Positions 59,104 to 64,000 of a stretch of DNA of 64,000 nt are shown piece after piece; within the stretch, counting starts at the first letter, position 1; every line of letters starts with the position of its first letter. A program made the translations under genes and the position numbers. Source of the DNA: a virus; the IMG/VR virus record IMGVR_UViG_3300009104_000002, positions 126,480-190,479 of that record. The stretch is one strand, 5' to 3'. Under the pieces are notes generated by a model. That model saw only the letters and a list, made by a program, of their open reading frames with translations, ran no database searches and was not told the origin of the DNA.

Positions 59104-59122
59104 GTAATTATAACTAGTTTAC

Positions 59123-59154
59123 CAAAACAAGAAAGCCACCATAAAGGTGACTTC
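59123..59154 (-). terminator. Rho-independent terminator
   Basis: Minus strand GAAGTCACC-TTTAT-GGTGGCTTT stem-loop followed by CTTGTTTT, immediately after the stop at 59156. Confidence 0.7.
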
Positions 59155-59155
59155 T

Positions 59156-59401
59156 TTATAAACGACTCTTTTCAATCCACACTATTGTTTTTATATCTTC
59201 ACCAGCAACTAGATGTTCAATACAATTTGCGGCGGTTAAAACAGCTATTAAGCCCTTGTCACTACATTTCCAAGTTTTTTTTATTTCAACTTCTTGATCA
59301 TGGGAAAAAAAAGATACCCCATATTCATCTAATATTGGATGAATTTTTCCTTTTTTATTATTTTTCGAAATATAGCAGGGAGTACCCTTTTTAACAATCA
59401 A
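59156..59401 (-). CDS. Hypothetical protein
   Basis: 81-aa ORF fitting the operon spacing. Confidence 0.55.
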   Translation of the reverse strand: MIVKKGTPCYISKNNKKGKIHPILDEYGVSFFSHDQEVEIKKTWKCSDKGLIAVLTAANCIEHLVAGEDIKTIVWIEKSRL

Positions 59402-59417
59402 AATAATTCTCTATTTA

Positions 59418-59714
59418 TTAATCTAAAAAGAAATTTTCATCATCTGATTTAATTTCTATTACGTTCTCTTTATTATAATAATCTTCTATTGCCTTTCTGA
59501 TGGTATTTGCCGAAGGATGTCTACTGCTGGGGTGATTTTTTTCTCTTAAATATTGTCGTATATACGATTCCGGAACAACGTACATCATCCCATATGGAGC
59601 CTCCATTATTCCAGGTAACATGGAGCACATCCCCACACCCGCTTCTCCGGAGTATACAGTTTTCCCATTATCGTCTATAAAATCATTAGTAACGATGTAG
59701 AGAAACCAACTCAT
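59418..59714 (-). CDS. Hypothetical protein
   Basis: 98-aa ORF fitting the operon spacing. Confidence 0.6.
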   Translation of the reverse strand: MSWFLYIVTNDFIDDNGKTVYSGEAGVGMCSMLPGIMEAPYGMMYVVPESYIRQYLREKNHPSSRHPSANTIRKAIEDYYNKENVIEIKSDDENFFLD

Positions 59715-59722
59715 TATACTAA

Positions 59723-59848
59723 CTATGTTTCATTTTCAGGAAAAACCCCGTGATAGAAAAAATAAATTAAAATTGCTGCAGCGACTGCAGACCACCACCC
59801 TACGAAAATAGATCTCTTTGTGGCCTTATAAATAAACTTTCTAATCAT
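59723..59848 (-). CDS. 41-aa single-TM peptide missed by the ORF track
   Basis: Manual translation MIRKFIYKATKRSIFVGWWSAVAAAILIYFFYHGVFPENET; fills the gap exactly. Confidence 0.55.
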   Translation of the reverse strand: MIRKFIYKATKRSIFVGWWSAVAAAILIYFFYHGVFPENET

Positions 59849-59854
59849 TTCTAA

Positions 59855-60226
59855 TTATCCAATATCCCATAACATAACAATTCCCAATTCTTCACAGGTC
59901 AATTTTTCTGGTGTATTTTTTTCGTTTCTATTTCCGCCGTTAGCAAAATATGTTGGACGATGTTCTATAAGAGCTGAACAAACGGTATCGTCCCTATCAT
60001 CAACTGATACGACATCTACAACACCTTTAATCGCCATTAAAAATTCTTTTCTTTCTATAAATCCAATAGAATTAAACCCCCTCCTACGGAACAGCCATTC
60101 ATCCGAATTCATAGCAACTATTACATTTCCATATTCAGAGGCCTTTCGAATGAGTCTTATATGGCCGACATGAATGGGATCAAAGCCGCCAGATATCATA
60201 ACTGTGTCATATGGCGCCCTATTCAT
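59855..60226 (-). CDS. HxGH nucleotidylyltransferase (cytidylyltransferase; TagD/RfaE-like)
   Basis: ISGGFDPIHVGH, VAMNSD, FANGG; start moved to MNRAPY. Confidence 0.85.
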   Translation of the reverse strand: MNRAPYDTVMISGGFDPIHVGHIRLIRKASEYGNVIVAMNSDEWLFRRRGFNSIGFIERKEFLMAIKGVVDVVSVDDRDDTVCSALIEHRPTYFANGGNRNEKNTPEKLTCEELGIVMLWDIG

Positions 60227-60404
60227 TATCGCTATATCCTTTTTCAAGTAGACACTCCCTTATTTTCAATGTTTTTTCAAGATCTGGATTTCCATAAGCA
60301 ATAGTCATAACTGACCACGAAACAACAGATGCTATTATTGCACCCGCCATCATACCAAAGCCAAATACAAAATATGATTTTATTAATTTTCTAAATAATT
60401 TCAT
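60219..60404 (-). CDS. Small membrane protein
   Basis: Single TM YFVFGFGMMAGAIIASVVSWSVMTIAY. Confidence 0.6.
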   Translation of the reverse strand: MKLFRKLIKSYFVFGFGMMAGAIIASVVSWSVMTIAYGNPDLEKTLKIRECLLEKGYSDNE

Positions 60405-61005
60405 CTACCAATCCATACTTCAAGCATGTCTCGGCATCCCACCACAAATCGTGCTTTAGAATTTTATTTAATTCTTTTTTTGGAATTTTTGTGTGCTCTT
60501 CATAGATATCTATAATCATTTTCATAAGCCTATCACTATTTTCCATATCATCCTTCATATCTTGGTATTTTCCCCACATACCTGATGACAATTGATGAAT
60601 CAACATATAAGCATGCTTATTAATTTGTCTATGATCTGCAACCACACTCATAATGGTCGCGGCAGAAGCAGCGCAACCATCAATAACGGAAACCACAGGA
60701 ACTTTTGATCCGATAATATAATCAACAGAAGAAAATCCCGCGAATACAGAACCCCCATATGAATTAATATGAAGATAAATTTTTCCAGGATCAGTATTAA
60801 GGACCGTGCTGCGTGCAAGAGCATCGTTAGCTATATCTCTCAATTTCATATTGAGTGTTAGATTCTTTCCCCTTGTCACTTCCGTATAAAAATAAATTCT
60901 ATTATTTTTCGTCTCTATTTTACTATTATCTTCTGGTTTGGCATTTTCGTAATCCGTACCATCAACTGGTGTTGGAATTGCTGCCCAATATACATCTTTA
61001 ATCAT
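60391..61005 (-). CDS. ClpP-like (S14) serine protease
   Basis: INSYGGSV, AASAA (Ser), MLIHQ (His), DLWWDAETCLKYGLVD; start moved to MIKDVY so the gene does not overlap the tRNA. Confidence 0.85.
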   Translation of the reverse strand: MIKDVYWAAIPTPVDGTDYENAKPEDNSKIETKNNRIYFYTEVTRGKNLTLNMKLRDIANDALARSTVLNTDPGKIYLHINSYGGSVFAGFSSVDYIIGSKVPVVSVIDGCAASAATIMSVVADHRQINKHAYMLIHQLSSGMWGKYQDMKDDMENSDRLMKMIIDIYEEHTKIPKKELNKILKHDLWWDAETCLKYGLVDEII

Positions 61006-61029
61006 TTTCTCTTCCTTTTTGTATGGGTG

Positions 61030-61102
61030 CACCTCCGACACGATTCGAACGTGTAACCCTCGGCTTAGAAGGCCGATGCTCTATCCGTTGAGCTACGGAG
61101 GC
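61030..61102 (-). tRNA. tRNA-Arg (anticodon UCU)
   Basis: GCCTCCG/CGGAGGT acceptor, GCTC/GAGC D stem, TCGGC-CTTCTAA-GCCGA anticodon arm, ACACG-TTCGAAT-CGTGT T arm; CCA not directly encoded. Confidence 0.92.
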
Positions 61103-61110
61103 TCATATTA

Positions 61111-61578
61111 TCAATAATCTTCAATTTCCAAGATTCCCATAGGATGATCAACCTCAACAGTCCACCCAACTAATTCAAAATCTGCAAGTTCTGAAATTGC
61201 GGCGACAGTTGTTTCCACAGTTGTTGATACTGTCGTGGTGCCTCTTTTATAATCATGTCGCTCTGTTAAGGCCTCGACCCATTCATAGTCTTGCCAATTT
61301 TCGTCCACGACGTCTTGTACAAAATTTTCAAAATCAAATGAACCCCTTTTATAGTCCTCCAGCATCCCATTTTCTCTCATCTCCGCCAACACCTGATTAT
61401 TTCCGAGTAGTGGATTTAAGATCATGTCTGTTAAAAATGCTGTAATATTTGTTTTTTTAACTGCATTTTGTTCAAAATAATCAGTTGAATGATTTACATC
61501 CACCCTTTCTTTAAATTTGAGTCTAGCAGTTGAATCGGGATCTAAATTTGAATTTCTAAGTTTTTGAAGTTTTGACAT
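61111..61578 (-). CDS. Hypothetical acidic protein
   Basis: AGGAG SD; intact ORF between the two tRNAs. Confidence 0.7.
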   Translation of the reverse strand: MSKLQKLRNSNLDPDSTARLKFKERVDVNHSTDYFEQNAVKKTNITAFLTDMILNPLLGNNQVLAEMRENGMLEDYKRGSFDFENFVQDVVDENWQDYEWVEALTERHDYKRGTTTVSTTVETTVAAISELADFELVGWTVEVDHPMGILEIEDY

Positions 61579-61787
61579 TATTTTTTTCTCCTAGTTTTTT
61601 GTGTTTCCTCTGCCATTTTTTTCAAAAGCCTAGTTCTTTCTTTTATGGCGCCAGTATCTTTACCGAGGCGGAAATCAAGCACGTCTAACTGTTGCTGGCT
61701 TGTTAAATTCTCCCTAGCTAGTTGTCTCTTTTCGGCCTCCTCCCTCCTCATTTCGCGAGTATATTTATGGCCATCGCGTCGTTTCAT
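61578..61787 (-). CDS. Small basic hypothetical protein (69 aa)
   Basis: AAAGGAG SD before MKRRDGHKY; the ORF-track start lies inside the tRNA. Confidence 0.7.
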   Translation of the reverse strand: MKRRDGHKYTREMRREEAEKRQLARENLTSQQQLDVLDFRLGKDTGAIKERTRLLKKMAEETQKTRRKK

Positions 61788-61805
61788 TTTTTTCTCCTTT
61801 GTTAA

Positions 61806-61882
61806 TGGTGGGCCCACCAGGACTCGAACCTGGGACAATCCGGGTATGAGCCGGGTGCTCTGACCAACTGAGCTATGGGCCC
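61806..61882 (-). tRNA. tRNA with CAU anticodon, most likely tRNA-Ile2 (elongator Met not excluded)
   Basis: GGGCCCA/TGGGCCC acceptor with paired 1-72 (so not an initiator), A73, encoded CCA, CCCGG-CTCATAC-CCGGA anticodon arm, CCAGG-TTCGAGT-CCTGG T arm. Confidence 0.88.
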
Positions 61883-61895
61883 GAGTTATATTATT

Positions 61896-61924
61896 AATAT
61901 ATCACGACCTCAATCCGTTGTCAA
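61896..61924 (-). promoter_or_regulatory. Sigma70-type promoter for the tRNA operon
   Basis: TTGACA-17 nt-TATATT, 13 nt upstream of the tRNA 5' end. Confidence 0.82.
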
Positions 61925-62377
61925 GTCTTTTTTATAATAAGTTCCAAAAATTTTATCAATGACTGGCATTGTACCTGAAAAGTTATGCCTTGCAGATTTT
62001 CTGTGATGTATATAATGATGATAAGAACAGGGATTATCCTGGTTGTCATTGTGCATTCTGTGGTGTAACCACTCATAATAAAATGCATAAGAGATATATC
62101 CGACCGCGAAAGGAATTGAGACTAAGGATATCAGCAAGAATACGAGTCCAAATAATAGTCTTGCCCACATTGGCAATAATAAGTGATTATTTCTTTTTTC
62201 ATTATAATCATTCCTGTGGTGAGTCATATGAAGTCTTTTGATGTGGTGTAGGAGCGGCCATTTACCAAGGGCGCCATGGCCAACGAATCTGTGATTTAAA
62301 TAAAACATCAAAGATGTAAAAAGAAATCCAACAATAAATAAAATCAGCTCAATCAACACACTTTCTCCTATCACCAA
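61910..62377 (-). CDS. Fatty acid hydroxylase / sterol desaturase family membrane di-iron enzyme
   Basis: His boxes HRFVGH, HMTHH, EWLHHRMH and HYIHH, plus NFSG and DKIFGT; TM segments. Confidence 0.85.
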   Translation of the reverse strand: MVIGESVLIELILFIVGFLFTSLMFYLNHRFVGHGALGKWPLLHHIKRLHMTHHRNDYNEKRNNHLLLPMWARLLFGLVFLLISLVSIPFAVGYISYAFYYEWLHHRMHNDNQDNPCSYHHYIHHRKSARHNFSGTMPVIDKIFGTYYKKDLTTD

Positions 62378-62404
62378 TATAATTATATGATATTTTTTTA
62401 TTTT

Positions 62405-63067
62405 TTATTTTTTTAAAAAATTTCTTAGTCTTACGACCCCATCATTTATTTCCACATATGTTGCGTGAGACACCCAGTCTCCAGTATTAACGTAAGTTTT
62501 AATATCTTCGTTCTCATCTATCCATATTAAAACTTCCGGGACATGAGTATGTCCGACTATTAATACATCTACATCATTATTTAAATTCATTATTTCCCAC
62601 AACCTTTTAACTTTTCGTCTATTAATTTTTAAATTATTAAACCAAGCTGTGGCGTCCCATCCAGTGAACCTTTCTAAAATATCCTGAAATACTGATATTA
62701 TTTTCATCAATGTCCTATAATGGACAATACCTTTTTCATATTTATCCCCATGTTCAATCCTGAAATGGCGGCCGCTTTCATAGAATTCATAGGTTTCCAT
62801 AAATTCAATTCCAAATAATCTTTTTCCTATAAATTTAGAAATGGCCCTATCGTGATTTCCAACAATATAAATTATTTCTTTCCCGTAATCTATACTCCTT
62901 GCTATATCCAAAGCCTTTTCAGTGAAAACTGGAATCTTAAGGAATTCAATTATATCCCCATTTAATATCAGTTGATCATAGTCGGTGGTCTTTATAAATT
63001 CTAAAAGTTCACTTTCTTTATAAAATTTTGATCCTATATGGGTATCTGATATTATCAGTCTTTTCAC
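62405..63067 (-). CDS. Metallophosphoesterase, LpxH/PlcP-like
   Basis: SDTHIG, NGDII, GNHD, EHGD, GHTH, YVNTGDW. Confidence 0.82.
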   Translation of the reverse strand: MKRLIISDTHIGSKFYKESELLEFIKTTDYDQLILNGDIIEFLKIPVFTEKALDIARSIDYGKEIIYIVGNHDRAISKFIGKRLFGIEFMETYEFYESGRHFRIEHGDKYEKGIVHYRTLMKIISVFQDILERFTGWDATAWFNNLKINRRKVKRLWEIMNLNNDVDVLIVGHTHVPEVLIWIDENEDIKTYVNTGDWVSHATYVEINDGVVRLRNFLKK

Positions 63068-63075
63068 TTTTTCAA

Positions 63076-63381
63076 TTATTCCAATATATTATAAATAACC
63101 ACCGTTCTTATTCCATTGTATGTGTGGGGAATCTCTTTTCTCAAGATCTTTGCATAGGAGCGCTTAGTGACACTTATATCTAATATTTTTCCGCCACTAT
63201 CTGAACTACATTTTATTTTAACATCAGCATCTAATGATACCAGAGGTTGAAATTCTGAATATGCTAAGTCAATTATTTCTTTTATGTCTAATATTTCTTT
63301 CATGTCGTTGTGCAGCATTTTATTAAAAAAGATACAGGAAGTGCCAGTTAACTCGGATAGCTGGCATCCTAGCCCCCCCAT
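63076..63381 (-). CDS. Hypothetical protein (true start possibly 63318 or 63303)
   Basis: ORF track; several possible start codons. Confidence 0.5.
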   Translation of the reverse strand: MGGLGCQLSELTGTSCIFFNKMLHNDMKEILDIKEIIDLAYSEFQPLVSLDADVKIKCSSDSGGKILDISVTKRSYAKILRKEIPHTYNGIRTVVIYNILE

Positions 63382-63479
63382 AATTCGGGGAAAATAGGTA
63401 AAAAATCATACATTATTAAAAAATCCTCCTTTATTCCCCAAGGTTCGTTAGAGACAATAAACCTATTTTTTTATAACTA

Positions 63480-63866
63480 TTAACTTCCTGGCAAGATATC
63501 TTCTTCCTCTTTCTCAATGAAATAATCATCTATCCCGTATTTTTTTCTCAATATATGAAAAGACTGTTCTTTTAGACCAAGGAAACGCATTGCCTCTGCC
63601 TGCGTTCTAGTTGCAGAAAAGGCATATTTAAATATCGCGTCTTGGACAATATTATTTAAAGAATTCCATATTGGAATTCCGTACATACGATTTGAAATTG
63701 ATCTTGTTGATAGCTCTAATTTTAAAGCAATTGCTTCTTCTAACGTTAAATTGCCGAGCATGATTTCAAATTCTTCATTAGATCTTCTTTCTTTTTTTAA
63801 TTTATTACTAATACTATAATTTTTATTTTTACCATTATAATTTTTTTTACGCTTCCAGGAACTCAT
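63480..63866 (-). CDS. Protein with C-terminal Fis-like helix-turn-helix
   Basis: RTQAEAMRFLGLKEQSFHILRKKYGI resembles Fis/HTH_8 (GNQxxAAxxLGIxRxTLxxKxKKYG); AGGA SD. Confidence 0.6.
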   Translation of the reverse strand: MSSWKRKKNYNGKNKNYSISNKLKKERRSNEEFEIMLGNLTLEEAIALKLELSTRSISNRMYGIPIWNSLNNIVQDAIFKYAFSATRTQAEAMRFLGLKEQSFHILRKKYGIDDYFIEKEEEDILPGS

Positions 63867-63881
63867 TAAATTTCCTAAGTA

Positions 63882-63939
63882 TTAGAGTGTTTAGAGTGTT
63901 TAGAGTGTTTAGAGTGTTTAGAGTGTTTAGAGTGTTTAG
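63882..63939. repeat. Perfect tandem repeat (TTAGAGTGT) x6 plus TTAG, non-coding
   Basis: Read directly; lies between the promoter at 63947-63975 and the start at 63866. Confidence 0.97.
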
Positions 63940-63946
63940 TATTATT

Positions 63947-63975
63947 AATATAACAGTATTTTAGAATCTTGTCAA
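63947..63975 (-). promoter_or_regulatory. Sigma70-type promoter with extended -10
   Basis: TTGACA-17 nt-TATATT with TG at the extended -10 position; A/T-rich upstream. Confidence 0.82.
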
Positions 63976-64000
63976 GGAAAAAATTGTAATTTTTTTATAA

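Noticed and set aside
61578-61838. ORF-track starts at 61838 and 61041
   Set aside because: Both extend into tRNA genes. Downstream ATGs at 61787 and 61005 fit the purine-rich SD-like sequences better.
62391-62420. A/T homopolymer tract near the end of the phosphoesterase gene
   Set aside because: A low-complexity gene end (Lys codons) and spacer, typical of this AT-rich genome; no hairpin is present.
63369-63413. 14-aa ORF MYDFLPIFPELWGG with an AAGGAGG SD, ending in a G7 run that could frameshift into the 63076 ORF
   Set aside because: Too short, and no stimulatory structure was recognised, so a programmed frameshift cannot be supported. A homopolymer sequencing error is equally possible.
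63882-63939. Possible CRISPR array
   Set aside because: The 9-bp units are contiguous with no spacers, and there is no cas1/cas2 in the window.
1-64000. Stop-codon reassignment (as in some large phages)
   Set aside because: Genes are long and intact in the standard code, and TAA, TAG (e.g. 7014) and TGA (e.g. 5103) all terminate tightly packed genes.

Overview
The window is 64 kb of an AT-rich, gene-dense genome from a large T4-like (contractile-tailed) bacteriophage. Every credible gene is on the minus strand and reads in the standard code. In transcription order (high to low coordinates) it carries: (i) an accessory region with a Fis-like HTH gene behind a 9-bp tandem repeat, an LpxH/PlcP-like metallophosphoesterase, a di-iron fatty-acid-hydroxylase-family gene, two tRNAs, a ClpP-like protease, a cytidylyltransferase and a PIN-PhoH; (ii) a zincin-like protein and a Cas4-like nuclease, then an ~11.5 kb glycan island (GT4s, GT2, GT10, two sulfotransferases, three methyltransferases, a perosamine-synthase-like aminotransferase, a cupin and Gmd); (iii) a gp55-like late sigma factor and an ~30 kb baseplate/tail module (M23 peptidase, spike-like protein, gp25, gp6, a 3009-aa LamG/gp7-like protein, tail-collar-like paralogues); (iv) RuvC-like resolvase, primase and a fused Mre11-Rad50 (gp47-gp46); (v) a holin/spanin-like membrane cassette mixed with small proteins sharing an MK(I/L)(T/S)Kxx(L)xxII(K/N)EE leader; and (vi) large terminase and gp20-like portal. 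Five near-consensus sigma70 promoters and a recurrent ACTATTTA intergenic motif are visible. The best candidates for an undescribed system are the glycosylation/methylation/sulfation island, the leader-tagged proteins and the putative lipid-remodelling gene pair. All family calls come from motifs recognised by eye; no database searches were run.
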